NCBI GenBank assembly: GCA_040954595.2 | Contig: CM082578.2 | Coordinates: 13,794,304-13,858,303 of the forward strand | From: Balanoglossus misakiensis | Taxonomy: Eukaryota > Animalia > Hemichordata | Length of the DNA stretch: 64,000 nt | Reading direction: 5' to 3' | Part shown: one piece after another, positions 23,101 through 37,708 of the stretch | How the letters are laid out: every line of letters begins with the position of its first letter | How positions within the stretch are numbered: the first letter of the stretch is position 1 | Notes under the pieces: generated by a model | What the model was told of the DNA's origin: nothing | Database searches by the model: none | The model's input: the letters and a program-made list of their open reading frames with translations, nothing else | Translations under genes and position numbers: made by a program

Positions 23101-26100
23101 AAAATGACAATTTTTCGACTTTCCGAAATATCAAAATATCTTCATTTTTTTTAAAAAAGCATGGGTTATAGCCCATGAAAATCATCCAAAAATGACAATT
23201 TTTCGACTTTCCGAAATATCAAAATTTCTTCATTTTTTTGTAAAAAGCATGGGTTATAGCCCATGAAAATCATCCAAAAATGACAATTTTGCGACTTTCC
23301 GAAATATCATAATTTCTTCATTTTTTTGAAAAAAGCATGGGTTATAGCCCATGAAAATCATCCAAAAATGAAAATTTTTCGACTTTCCGAAATATCAAAA
23401 TTTCTTCATTTTTTTGAAAAAAGCATGGGTTATAGCCCATGAAAATCATCCAAAAATGACAATTTTTCGACTTTCCGAAATATCAAAATTTCTTCATTTT
23501 TTTGAAAAAAGCATGGGTTATAGCCCATGAAAATCATCCAAAAATGACAATTTTTCGACTTTCCGAAATATCAAAATTTCTTCATTTTTTTGAAAAAAGC
23601 ATGGGTTATAGCCCATGAAAATCATCCAAAAATGACAATTTTTCGACTTTCCGAAATATCAAAATTTCTTCAATTTTTTGAAAAAAGCATGGGTTATAGC
23701 CCATGAAAATCATCCAAAAATGACAATTTTTCGACTTTCCGAAATATCAAAATTTCTTCAATTTTTTGAAAAAAGCATGGGTTATAGCCCATGAAAATCA
23801 TCCAAAAATGACAATTTTTCGACTTTCCGAAATATCAAAATTTCTTCATTTTTTTGAAAAAAGCATGGGTTATAGCCCATGAAAATCATCCAAAAATGAC
23901 AATTTTTCGACTTTCCGAAATATCAAAATTTCTTCATTTTTTTGAAAAAAGCATGGGTTATAGCCCATGAAAATCATCCAAAAATGACAATTTTTCGACT
24001 TTCCGAAATATCAAATTTTCTTCATTTTTTTGAAAAAAGCATGGGTTATAGCCCATGAAAATCATCCAAAAATGACAATTTTTCGACTTTCCGAAATATC
24101 AAAATTTCTTCATTTTTTTGAAAAAAGCATGGGTTATAGCCCATGAAAATCATCCAAAAATGACAATTTTTCGACTTTCCGAAATATCAAAATTTCTTCA
24201 TTTTTTTGAAAAAAGCATGGGTTATAGCCCATGAAAATCATCCAAAAATGACAATTTTTCGACTTTCCGAAATATCAAAATTTCTTCATTTTTTTGAAAA
24301 AAGCATGGGTTATAGCCCATGAAAATCATCCAAAAATGACAATTTTTCGACTTTCCGAAATATCAAAATTTCTTCATTTTTTTGAAAAAAGCATGGGTTA
24401 TAGCCCATGAAAATCATCCAAAAATGACAATTTTTCGACTTTCCGAAATATCAAAATTTCTTCATTTTTTTGAAAAAAGCATGGGTTATAGCCCATGAAA
24501 ATCATCCAAAAATGACAATTTTTCGACTTTCCGAAATATCAAAATTTCTTCATTTTTTTGAAAAAAGCATGGGTTATAGCCCATGAAAATCATCCAAAAA
24601 TGACAATTTTTCGACTTTCCGAAATATCAAAATTTCTTCATTTTTTTGAAAAAAGCATGGGTTATAGCCCATGAAAATCATCCAAAAATGACAATTTTTC
24701 GACTTTCCGAAATATCAAAAATTTCTTCATTTTTTTGAAAAAAGCATGGGTTATAGCCCATGAAAATCATCCAAAAATGACAATTTTTCGACTTTCCGAA
24801 ATATCAAAATTTCTTCAATTTTTTGAAAAAAGCATGGGTTATAGCCCATGAAAATCATCCAAAAATGACAATTTTTCGACTTTCCGAAATATCAAAATTT
24901 CTTCAATTTTTTGAAAAAAGCATGGGTTATAGCCCATGAAAATCATCCAAAAATGACAATTTTTCGACTTTCCGAAATATCAAAATTTCTTCATTTTTTT
25001 GAAAAATGCATGGGTTATAGCCCATGAAAATCATCCAAAAATGACAATTTTTCGATTTTCCGAAATATCAAAATTTCTTCATTTTTTTGAAAAAAGCATG
25101 GGTTATAGCCCATGAAAATCATCCAAAAATGACAATTTTTCGACTTTCCGAAATATCAAATTTTCTTCATTTTTTTGAAAAAAGCATGGGTTATAGCCCA
25201 TGAAAATCATCCAAAAGTGACAATTTTTCGACTTTCCGAAATATCAAAATTTCTTCATTTTTTTGAAAAAAGCATGGGTTATAGCCCATGAAAATCATCC
25301 AAAAATGACAATTTTTCGACTTTCCGAAATATCAAAATTTCTTCATTTTTTTGAAAAAAGCATGGGTTATAGCCCATGAAAATCATCCAAAAGTGACAAT
25401 TTTTCGACTTTCCGAAATATCAAAATTTCTTCATTTTTTTGAAAAAAGCATGGGTTATAGCCCATGAAAATCATCCAAAAATGACAATTTTTCGACTTTC
25501 CGAAATATCAAAATTTCTTCATTTTTTTGAAAAAAGCATGGGTTATAGCCCATGAAAATCATCCAAAAATGACAATTTTTCGACTTTCCGAAATATCAAA
25601 ATTTCTTCATTTTTTTGAAAAAAGCATGGGTTATAGCCCATGAAAATCATCCAAAAATGACAATTTTTCGACTTTCCGAAAAATCAAAATTTCTTCATTT
25701 TTTTGAAAAAAGCATGGGTTATAGCCCATGAAAATCATCCAAAATTGACAATTTTTCGACTTTCCGAAATATCAAAATTTCTTCATTTTTTTGAAAAAAG
25801 CATGGGTTATAGCCCATGAAAATCATCCAAAAATGACAATTTTTCGACTTTCCGAAATATCAAAATTTCTTCATTTTTTTGAAAAAAGCATGGGTTATAG
25901 CCCATGAAAATCATCCAAAAGTGACAATTTTTCGACTTTCCGAAATATCAAAATTTCTTCATTTTTTTGAAAAAAGCATGGGTTATAGCCCATGAAAATC
26001 ATCCAAAAATGACAATTTTTCGACTTTCCGAAATATCAAAATTTCTTCATTTTTTTGAAAAAAGCATGGGTTATAGCCCATGAAAATCATCCAAAAATGA

Positions 26101-29100
26101 CAATTTTTCGACTTTCCGAAAAATCAAAATTTCTTCATTTTTTTGAAAAAAGCATGGGTTATAGCCCATGAAAATCATCCAAAAATGACAATTTTTCGAC
26201 TTTCCGAAAAATCAAAATTTCTTCATTTTTTTGAAAAAAGCATGGGTTATAGCCCATGAAAATCATCCAAAATTGACAATTTTTCGACTTTCCGAAATAT
26301 CAAAATTTCTTCATTTTTTTGAAAAAAGCATGGGTTATAGCCCATGAAAATCATCCAAAAATGACAATTTTTCGACTTTCCGAAATATCAAAATTTCTTC
26401 ATTTTTTTGAAAAAAGCATGGGTTATAGCCCATGAAAATCATCCAAAAGTGACAATTTTTCGACTTTCCTCAAAATCAAAATTTCTTCATTTTTTTGAAA
26501 AAAGCATGGGTTATAGCCCATGAAAATCATCCAAAAGTGACAATTTTTCGACTTTCCTCAAAATCAAAATTTCTTCATTTTTTTGAAAAAAGCATGGGTT
26601 ATAGCCCATGAAAATCATCCAAAAGTGACAATTTTTCGACTTTCCGAAATATCAAAATTTCTTCATTTTTTTGAAAAAAGCATGGGTTATAGCCCATGAA
26701 AATCATCCAAAAGTGACAATTTTTCGACTTTCCGAAATATCAAAATTTCTTCATTTTTTTGAAAAAAGCATGGGTTATAGCCCATGAAAATCATCCAAAA
26801 GTGACAATTTTTCGACTTTCCGAAATATCAAAATTTCTTCATTTTTTTGAAAAAAGCATGGGTTATAGCCCATGAAAATCATCCAAAAATGACAATTTTT
26901 GGACTTTCCGAAAAATCAAAATTTCTTCATTTTTTTGAAAAAAGCATGGGTTATAGCCCATGAAAATCATCCAAAAATGACAATTTTTCGACTTTCCTCA
27001 AAATCAAAATTTCTTCATTTTTTTGAAAAAAGCATGGGTTATAGCCCATGAAAATCATCCAAAAATGACAATTTTTCGACTTTCCGAAATATCAAAATTT
27101 CTTCATTTTTTTGAAAAAAGCATGGGTTATAGCCCATGAAAATCATCCAAAAATGACAATTTTTCGACTTTCCGAAATATCAAATTTTCTACATTTTTTT
27201 GAAAAAGCATGGGTTATAGCCCATGAAAATCATCCAAAAATGACAATTTTTCGACTTTCCGAAATATCAAAATTTCTTCATTTTTTTGAAAAAAGCATGG
27301 GTTATAGCCCATGAAAATCATCCAAAAATGACAATTTTTCGACTTTCCTCAAAATCAAAATTTCTTCATTTTTTTGAAAAAAGCATGGGTTATAGCCCAT
27401 GAAAATCATCCAAAAGTGACAATTTTTCGACTTTCCGAAATATCAAAATTTCTTCATTTTGTTGAAAAAAGCATGGGTTATAGCCCATGAAAATCATCCA
27501 AAAATGACAATTTTTCGACTTTCCGAAATATCAAAATTTCTTCATTTTTTTGAAAAAAGCATGGGTTATAGCCCATGAAAATCATCCAAAAATGACAATT
27601 TTTCGACTTTCCGAAAAATCAAAATTTCTTCATTTTTTTGAAAAAAGCATGGGTTATAGCCCATGAAAATCATCCAAAAATGACAATTTTTCGACTTTCC
27701 GAAAATTCAAAATTTCTTCATTTTTTTGAAAAAAGCATGGGTTATAGCCCATGAAAATCATCCAAAATTGACAATTTTTCGACTTTCCGAAAAATCAAAA
27801 TTTCTTCATTTTTTTGAAAAAAGCATGGGTTATAGCCCATGAAAATCATCCAAAATTGACAATTTTTCGACTTTCCGAAATATCAAAATTTCTTCATTTT
27901 TTTGAAAAAAGCATGGGTTATAGCCCATGAAAATCATCCAAAAGTGACAATTTTTCGACTTTCCGAAATATCAAAATTTCTTCATTTTTTTGAAAAAAGC
28001 ATGGGTTATAGCCCATGAAAATCATCCAAAAATGACAATTTTTCGACTTTCCGAAATATCAAAATTTCTTCATTTTTTTGTAAAAAGCATGGGTTATAGC
28101 CCATGAAAATCATCCAAAAATGACAATTTTTCGACTTTCCGAAAAATCAAAATTTCTTCATTTTTTTGAAAAAAGCATGGGTTATAGCCCATGAAAATCA
28201 TCCAAAAATGACAATTTTTCGACTTTCCTCAAAATCAAAATTTCTTCATTTTTTTGAAAAAAGCATGGGTTATAGCCCATGAAAATCATCCAAAAATGAC
28301 AATTTTTCGACTTTCCGAAATATCAAAATTTCTTCATTTTTTTGAAAAAAGCATGGGTTATAGCCCATGAAAATCATCCAAAAATGACAATTTTTCGACT
28401 TTCCGAAATATCAAATTTTCTACATTTTTTTGAAAAAGCATGGGTTATAGCCCATGAAAATCATCCAAAAATGACAATTTTTCGACTTTCCGAAATATCA
28501 AAATTTCTTCATTTTTTTGAAAAAAGCATGGGTTATAGCCCATGAAAATCATCCAAAAATGACAATTTTTCGACTTTCCTCAAAATCAAAATTTCTTCAT
28601 TTTTTTGAAAAAAGCATGGGTTATAGCCCATGAAAATCATCCAAAAGTGACAATTTTTCGACTTTCCGAAATATCAAAATTTCTTCATTTTGTTGAAAAA
28701 AGCATGGGTTATAGCCCATGAAAATCATCCAAAAATGACAATTTTTCGACTTTCCGAAAAATCAAAATTTCTTCATTTTTTTGAAAAAAGCATGGGTTAT
28801 AGCCCATGAAAATCATCCAAAAATGACAATTTTTCGACTTTCCGAAAATTCAAAATTTCTTCATTTTTTTGAAAAAAGCATGGGTTATAGCCCATGAAAA
28901 TCATCCAAAATTGACAATTTTTCGACTTTCCGAAAAATCAAAATTTCTTCATTTTTTTGAAAAAAGCATGGGTTATAGCCCATGAAAATCATCCAAAATT
29001 GACAATTTTTCGACTTTCCGAAATATCAAAATTTCTTCATTTTTTTGAAAAAAGCATGGGTTATAGCCCATGAAAATCATCCAAAAGTGACAATTTTTCG

Positions 29101-32100
29101 ACTTTCCGAAATATCAAAATTTCTTCATTTTTTTGAAAAAAGCATGGGTTATAGCCCATGAAAATCATCCAAAAATGACAATTTTTCGACTTTCCGAAAT
29201 ATCAAAATTTCTTCATTTTTTTGAAAAAAGCATGGGTTATAGCCCATGAAAATCATCCAAAAATGACAATTTTTCGACTTTCCTCAAAATCAAAATTTCT
29301 TCATTTTTTTGAAAAAAGCATGGGTTATAGCCCATGAAAATCATCCAAAAGTGACAATTTTTCGACTTTCCGAAATATCAAAATTTCTTCATTTTGTTGA
29401 AAAAAGCATGGGTTATAGCCCATGAAAATCATCCAAAAATGACAATTTTTCGACTTTCCGAAATATCAAAATTTCTTCATTTTTTTGAAAAAAGCATGGG
29501 TTATAGCCCATGAAAATCATCCAAAAATGACAATTTTTCGACTTTCCGAAAAATCAAAATTTCTTCATTTCTTTGAAAAAAGCATGGGTTATAGCCCATG
29601 AAAATCATCCAAAAATGACAATTTTTCGACTTTCCGAAAAATCAATATTTCTTCATTTTTTTGAAAAAAGCATGGGTTATAGCCCATGAAAATCATCCAA
29701 AATTGACAATTTTTCGACTTTCCGAAAAATCAAAATTTCTTCATTTTTTTGAAAAAAGCATGGGTTATAGCCCATGAAAATCATCCAAAATTGACAATTT
29801 TTCGACTTTCCGAAATATCAAAATTTCTTCATTTTTTTGAAAAAAGCATGGGTTATAGCCCATGAAAATCATCCAAAAGTGACAATTTTTCGACTTTCCA
29901 AAATATCAAAATTTCTTCATTTTTTTGAAAAAAGCATGGGTTATAGCCCATGAAAATCATACAAAAATGACAATTTTTCGACTTTCCGAAATATCAAAAT
30001 TTCTTCATTTTTTTGAAAAAAGCATGGGTTATAGCCCATGAAAATCATCCAAAAATGACAATTTTTCGACTTTCCGAAAAATCAAAATTTCTTCATTTTT
30101 TTGAAAAAAGCATGGGTTATAGCCCATGAAAATCATCCAAAAATGACAATTTTTCGACTTTCCGAAATATCAAAATTTCTTCATTTTTTTGAAAAAAGCA
30201 TGGGTTATAGCCCATGAAAATCATCCAAAATTGACAATTTTTCGACTTTCCGAAAAATCAAAATTTCTTCATTTTTTTGAAAAAAGCATGGGTTATAGCC
30301 CATGAAAATCATCCAAAATTGACAATTTTTCGACTTTCCGAAATATCAAAATTTCTTCATTTTTTTGAAAAAAGCATGGGTTATAGCCCATGAAAATCAT
30401 CCAAAAGTGACAATTTTTCGACTTTCCAAAATATCAAAATTTCTTCATTTTTTTGAAAAAAGCATGGGTTATAGCCCTTGAAAATCATACAAAAATGACA
30501 ATTTTTCGACTTTCCGAAATATCAAAATTTCTTCATTTTTTTGAAAAAAGCATGGGTTATAGCCCATGAAAATCATCCAAAAATGACAATTTTTCGACTT
30601 TCCGAAAAATCAAAATTTCTTCATTTTTTTGAAAAAAACATGGGTTATAGCCCATGAAAATCATCCAAAAATGACAATTTTTCGACTTTCCGAAATATCA
30701 AAATTTCTTCATTTTTTTGAAAAAAGCATGGGTTATAGCCCATGAAAATCATCCAAAAGTGACAATTTTTCGACTTTCCGAAATATCAAAATTTCTTCAT
30801 TTTTTTGAAAAAAGCATGGGTTATAGCCCATGAAAATCATCCAAAAATGACAATTTTTCGACTTTCCGAAAAATCAAAATTTCTTCATTTTTTTGAAAAA
30901 AGCATGGGTTATAGCCCATGAAAATCATCCAAAAATGACAATTTTTCGACTTTCCGAAATATCAAAATTTCTTCATTTTTTTGAAAAAAGCATGGGTTAT
31001 AGCCCATGAAAATCATCCAAAAATGACAATTTTTCGACTTTCCGAAATATCAAATTTTCTACATTTTTTTGAAAAAGCATGGGTTATAGCCCATGAAAAT
31101 CATCCAAAAATGACAATTTTTCGACTTTCCTCAAAATCAAAATTTCTTCATTTTTTTGAAAAAAGCATGGGTTATAGCCCATGAAAATCATCCAAAAGTG
31201 ACAATTTTTCGACTTTCCTCAAAATCAAAATTTCTTCATTTTTTTGAAAAAAGCATGGGTTATAGCCCATGAAAATCATCCAAAAATGACAATTTTTCGA
31301 CTTTCCGAAATATCAAAATTTCTTCATTTTTTTGAAAAAAGCATGGGTTATAGCCCATGAAAATCATCCAAAAATGACAATTTTTCGACTTTCCGAAATA
31401 TCAAAATTTCTTCATTTTTTTGAAAAAAGCATGGGTTATAGCCCATGAAAATCATCCAAAAATGACAATTTTTCGACTTTCCGAAAAATCAAAATTTCTT
31501 CATTTTTTTGAAAAAAGCATGGGTTATAGCCCATGAAAATCATCCAAAAATGACAATTTTTCGACTTTCCGAAAAATCAAAATTTCTTTATTTTTTTGAA
31601 AAAAGCATGGGTTATAGCCCATGAAAATCATCCAAAATTGACAATTTTTCGACTTTCCGAAATATCAAAATTTCTTCATTTTTTTTAAAAAAGCATGGGT
31701 TATAGCCCATGAAAATCATCCAAAAATGACAATTTTTCGACTTTCCGAAATATCAAAATTTCTTCATTTTTTTGAAAAAAGCATGGGTTATAGCCCATGA
31801 AAATCATCCAAAATTGACAATTTTTCGACTTTCCGAAATATCAAAATTTCTTCATTTTTTTGAAAAAAGCATGGGTTATAGCCCATGAAAATCATCCAAA
31901 AATGACAATTTTTCGACTTTCCGAAATATCAAATTTTCTACATTTTTTTGAAAAAGCATGGGTTATAGCCCATGAAAATCATCCAAAAATGACAATTTTT
32001 CGACTTTCCGAAATATCAAAATTTCTTCATTTTTTTGAAAAAAGCATGGGTTATAGCCCATGAAAATCATCCAAAAATGACAATTTTTCGACTTTCCGAA

Positions 32101-35100
32101 ATATCAAAATTTCTTCATTTTTTTGAAAAAAGCATGGGTTATAGCCCATGAAAATCATCCAAAAATGACAATTTTTCGACTTTCCGAAATATCAAAATTT
32201 CTTCATTTTTTTGAAAAAAGCATGGGTTATAGCCCATGAAAATCATCCAAAAATGACAATTTTTCGACTTTCCGAAATATCAAAATTTCTTCATTTTTTT
32301 GAAAAAAGCATGGGTTATAGCCCATGAAAATCATCCAAAAATGACAATTTTTCGACTTTCCGAAATATCAAATTTTCTTCATTTTTTTGAAAAAAGCATG
32401 GGTTATAGCCCATGAAAATCATCCAAAAATGACAATTTTTCGACTTTCCGAAATATCAAAATTTCTTCATTTTTTTGAAAAAAGCATGGGTTATAGCCCA
32501 TGAAAATCATCCAAAAATGACAATTTTTCGACTTTCCGAAATATCAAAATTTCTTCATTTTTTTGAAAAAAGCATGGGTTATAGCCCATGAAAATCATCC
32601 AAAAATGACAATTTTTCGACATTCCGAAATATCAAAATTTCTTCATTTTTTTTAAAAAAGCATGGGTTATAGCCCATGAAAATCATCCAAAAATGACAAT
32701 TTTTCGACTTTCCGAAATATCAAAATTTCTTCATTTTTTTGAAAAAAGCATGGGTTATAGCCCATGAAAATCATCCAAAAATGACAATTTTTCGACTTTC
32801 CGAAATATCAAAATTTCTTCATTTTTTTGAAAAAAGCATGGGTTATAGCCCATGAAAATCATCCAAAAATGACAATTTTTCGACTTTCCGAAATATCAAA
32901 ATTTCTTCATTTTTTTGAAAAAAGCATGGGTTATAGCCCATGAAAATCATCCAAAAATGACAATTTTTCGACTTTCCGAAATATCAAAATTTCTTCATTT
33001 TTTTGAAAAAAGCATGGGTTATAGCCCATGAAAATCATCCAAAAATGACAATTTTTCGACTTTCCGAAATATCAAAATTTCTTCATTTTTTTGAAAAAAG
33101 CATGGGTTATAGCCCATGAAAATCATCCAAAATTGACAATTTTTCGACTTTCCGAAATATCAAAATTTCTTCATTTTTTTGAAAAAAGCATGGGTTATAG
33201 CCCATGAAAATCATCCAAAAATGACAATTTTTCGACTTTCCGAAATATCAAAATTTCTTCATTTTTTTGAAAAAAGCATGGGTTATAGCCCATGAAAATC
33301 ATCCAAAAATGACAATTTTTCGACTTTCCGAAATATCAAAATTTCTTCATTTTTTTGAAAAAAGCATGGGTTATAGCCCATGAAAATCATCCAAAATTGA
33401 CAATTTTTCGACTTTCCGAAATATCAAAATTTCTTCATTTTTTTGAAAAAGCATGGGTTATAGCCCATGAAAATCATCCAAAAATGACAATTTTTCGACT
33501 TTCCGAAATATCAAAATTTCTTCATTTTTTTGAAAAAAGCATGGGTTATAGCCCATGAAAATCATCCAAAAATGACAATTTTTCGACTTTCCGAAATATC
33601 AAATTTTCTTCATTTTTTTGAAAAAAGCATGGGTTATAGCCCATGAAAATCATCCAAAAATGACAATTTTTCGACTTTCCGAAATATCAAATTTTCTTCA
33701 TTTTTTTGAAAAAAGCATGGGTTATAGCCCATGAAAATCATCCAAAAATGACAATTTTTCGACTTTGCGAAATATCAAAATTTCTTCATTTTTTTGAAAA
33801 AAGCATGGGTTATAGCCCATAAAAATCATCCAAAAATGACAATTTTTCGACTTTCCGAAATATCAAAATTTCTTCATTTTTTTGAAAAAAGCATGGGTTA
33901 TAGCCCATGAAAATCATCCAAAAATGACAATTTTTCGACTTTCCGAAATATCAAAATTTCTTCATTTTTTTGAAAAAAGCATGGGTTATAGCCCATGAAA
34001 ATCATCCAAAAATGACAATTTTTCGACTTTCCGAAATATCAAAATTTCTTCATTTTTTTGAAAAAAGCATGGGTTATAGCCCATGAAAATCATCCAAAAA
34101 TGACAATTTTTCGACTTTCCGAAATATCAAAATTTCTTCATTTTTTTGAAAAAAGCATGGGTTATAGCCCATGAAAATCATCCAAAAATGACAATTTTTC
34201 GACTTTCCGAAATATCAAAATTTCTTCATTTTTTTGAAAAAAGCATGGGTTATAGCCCATGAAAATCATCCAAAAATGACAATTTTTCGACTTTGCGAAA
34301 TATCAAAATTTCTTCATTTTTTTGAAAAAAGCATGGGTTATAGCCCATGAAAATCATCCAAAAATGACAATTTTTCGACTTTGCGAAATATCAAAATTTC
34401 TTCATTTTTTTTAAAAAAGCATGGGTTATAGCCCATGAAAATCATCCAAAAATGACAATTTTTCGACTTTCCGAAATATCAAAATTTCTTCATTTTTTTG
34501 AAAAAAGCATGGGTTATAGCCCATGAAAATCATCCAAAAATGACAATTTTTCGACTTTCCGAAATATCAAAATTTCTTCATTTTTTTGAAAAAAGCATGG
34601 GTTATAGCCCATGAAAATCATCCAAAAATGACAATTTTTCGACTTTCCGAAATATCAAAATTTCTTCATTTTTTTGAAAAAAGCATGGGTTATAGCCCAT
34701 GAAAATCATCCAAAAATGACAATTTTTCGACTTTCCGAAATATCAAAATTTCTTCATTTTTTTGAAAAAAGCATGGGTTATAGCCCATGAAAATCATCCA
34801 AAATTGACAATTTTTCGACTTTCCGAAATATCAAAATTTCTTCATTTTTTTGAAAAAAGCATGGGTTATAGCCCATGAAAATCATCCAAAAATGACAATT
34901 TTTCGACTTTCCGAAATATCAAAATTTCTTCATTTTTTTGAAAAAAGCATGGGTTATAGCCCATGAAAATCATCCAAAATTGACAATTTTTCGACTTTCC
35001 GAAATATCAAAATTTCTTCATTTTTTTGAAAAAGCATGGGTTATAGCCCATGAAAATCATCCAAAAATGACAATTTTTCGACTTTCCGAAATATCAAAAT

Positions 35101-36905
35101 TTCTTCATTTTTTTGAAAAAAGCATGGGTTATAGCCCATGAAAATCATCCAAAAATGACAATTTTTCGACTTTCCGAAATATCAAATTTTCTTCATTTTT
35201 TTGAAAAAAGCATGGGTTATAGCCCATGAAAATCATCCAAAAATGACAATTTTTCGACTTTCCGAAATATCAAATTTTCTTCATTTTTTTGAAAAAAGCA
35301 TGGGTTATAGCCCATGAAAATCATCCAAAAATGACAATTTTTCGACTTTGCGAAATATCAAAATTTCTTCATTTTTTTGAAAAAAGCATGGGTTATAGCC
35401 CATAAAAATCATCCAAAAATGACAATTTTTCGACTTTCCGAAATATCAAAATTTCTTCATTTTTTTGAAAAAAGCATGGGTTATAGCCCATGAAAATCAT
35501 CCAAAAATGACAATTTTTCGACTTTCCGAAATATCAAAATTTCTTCATTTTTTTGAAAAAAGCATGGGTTATAGCCCATGAAAATCATCCAAAAATGACA
35601 ATTTTTCGACTTTCCGAAATATCAAAATTTCTTCATTTTTTTGAAAAAAGCATGGGTTATAGCCCATGAAAATCATCCAAAAATGACAATTTTTCGACTT
35701 TCCGAAATATCAAAATTTCTTCATTTTTTTGAAAAAAGCATGGGTTATAGCCCATGAAAATCATCCAAAAATGACAATTTTTCGACTTTCCGAAATATCA
35801 AAATTTCTTCATTTTTTTGAAAAAAGCATGGGTTATAGCCCATGAAAATCATCCAAAATTGACAATTTTTCGACTTTCCGAAATATCAAAATTTCTTCAT
35901 TTTTTTGAAAAAAGCATGGGTTATAGCCCATGAAAATCATCCAAAAATGACAATTTTTCGACTTTCCGAAATATCAAAATTTCTTCATTTTTTTGAAAAA
36001 AGCATGGGTTATAGCCCATGAAAATCATCCAAAAATGACAATTTTTCGACTTTCCGAAATATCAAAATTTCTTCATTTTTTTGAAAAAAGCATGGGTTAT
36101 AGCCCATGAAAATCATCCAAAATTGACAATTTTTCGACTTTCCGAAATATCAAAATTTCTTCATTTTTTTGAAAAAGCATGGGTTATAGCCCATGAAAAT
36201 CATCCAAAAATGACAATTTTTCGACTTTCCGAAATATCAAAATTTCTTCATTTTTTTGAAAAAAGCATGGGTTATAGCCCATGAAAATCATCCAAAAATG
36301 ACAATTTTTCGACTTTCCGAAATATCAAAATTTCTTCATTTTTTTGAAAAAAGCATGGGTTATAGCCCATGAAAATCATCCAAAAATGACAATTTTTCGA
36401 CTTTCCGAAATATCAAAATTTCTTCATTTTTTTGAAAAAAGCATGGGTTATAGCCCATGAAAATCATCCAAAAATGACAATTTTTCGACTTTCCGAAATA
36501 TCAAAATTTCTTCATTTTTTTGAAAAAAGCATGGGTTATAGCCCATGAAAATCATCCAAAAAAGACAATTTTTCGACTTTCCGAAATATCAAAATTTCTT
36601 CATTTTTTTGAAAAAAGCATGGGTTATAGCCCATGAAAATCATCCAAAAATGACAATTTTTCGACTTTCCGAAATATCAAAATTTCTTCATTTTTTTGAA
36701 AAAATCATGGGTTATAGCTCATGAAATCATCCAAAATGACAATTTTTCGACTTTTAAAATCTTAAAATTTCGTCGATTTTTGAAAAAATCATGGGTTATA
36801 GCTCATGAAAATCATCAAAAAATGACAATTTTTCGACTTTGCGAAATCTCAAAATTTCGTCGATTTTTGAAAAAAATCATGGGTTATAGCTCATGAAAAT
36901 CATCA
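14158..36905 (+). repeat. 88-bp tandem satellite array, ~22.7 kb, ~258 copies, highly homogeneous
   Basis: Consensus GAAAAAAGCATGGGTTATAGCCCATGAAAATCATCCAAAAATGACAATTTTTCGACTTTCCGAAATATCAAAATTTCTTCATTTTTTT. Period checked (CATGGG at 14951 and 15039). Most units are identical or carry 1-3 changes; the last ~2.5 units (36700-36905) are diverged. Confidence 0.99.
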
Positions 36906-37598
36906 GCAACAGCATCAGAGACGTTTTATAAAAATGAATAATGCAGATAAAGCTTATACCTCACTTCCCCAGGTTGATCCATGAGCTATAAGTCGACGTG
37001 ATGTCAAGTAAAGTGGCTAAAAGCGGTGCTTTCAAGAGATGCTTAATAGCCAGTCTACGGGTGTCAGCAAATCACATAAAGGATTTAGTCTTTTACTGCA
37101 TATGAGCCGTCTTTATCAATTGAATAAGCTGTTGAGAGCTTCAGTTAACCAATCATTTTATAATTGAGTGTTAACTATATGTAATAAGTGCATGATGAGA
37201 AGCCAATGTATAAATGTCTATCTAACTGAATAAATGATGGTTTATCTAGAGGCAAAGGAGGGAAAATAAAAACTAAAAAATTGATAGGTAAATGTTAATT
37301 GAATTTCAGTCTACGACACTGTGACTCTGATTGCAATATGTTGAGTCTCGCAAATTATTTCTGTACCATTAACAACTTTCTTCATTAAATGGCGAAAATG
37401 TGCTGGTAGCATTGGCAGCAAAAATTGCTGATTATTTCAGATTTCCATCAATGCACGGTAAGCGTTCCACAGCGTTAATCATGATCGATTTCACACTGTC
37501 ACGAATGCATTCATTTTCATTTCGTTCGACCATATGAGATTTACATGCAACACTAAACACTATTACAGCAAAGTATGAGTCTGGGAGGCTGATAGTCC

Positions 37599-37708
37599 TA
37601 TATAATGGAATTTCGTGGAGTTTGAACATACAAGACAGAGGCGTTCGAGTCGACAGAAAGTACTTGTATTTGATAACAGCATAAGTCATCTAAGCACAGA
37701 CAGGAAAG
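37599..37708 (+). promoter_or_regulatory. Candidate TATA box and non-coding first exon of the small secreted-peptide gene
   Basis: TATATAA 37599-37605; AAG|GTAATG donor at 37708/37709; pyrimidine-rich CCTCCAG acceptor ending at 37905, 11 nt before GCCATG. Confidence 0.45.

Noticed and set aside
14032-36896. Repeated ORFs 'MKKAWVIAHENHPKMTIFRLSEISK...' in the ORF track
   Set aside because: They are translations of the satellite. The 88-bp period is not a multiple of 3, starts are TTG, and ORFs reach 60 aa only where an indel shifts the frame.
14158-36905. CRISPR-like array (palindromic repeat at regular spacing)
   Set aside because: The sequence between palindromes is identical from unit to unit (no unique spacers), there are no cas genes, and the context is eukaryotic.
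37317-37323. CACTGTG (RSS-heptamer-like) as the right terminus of the satellite-bearing element
   Set aside because: No extended match to the left CACAGCCC segment and no target-site duplication.
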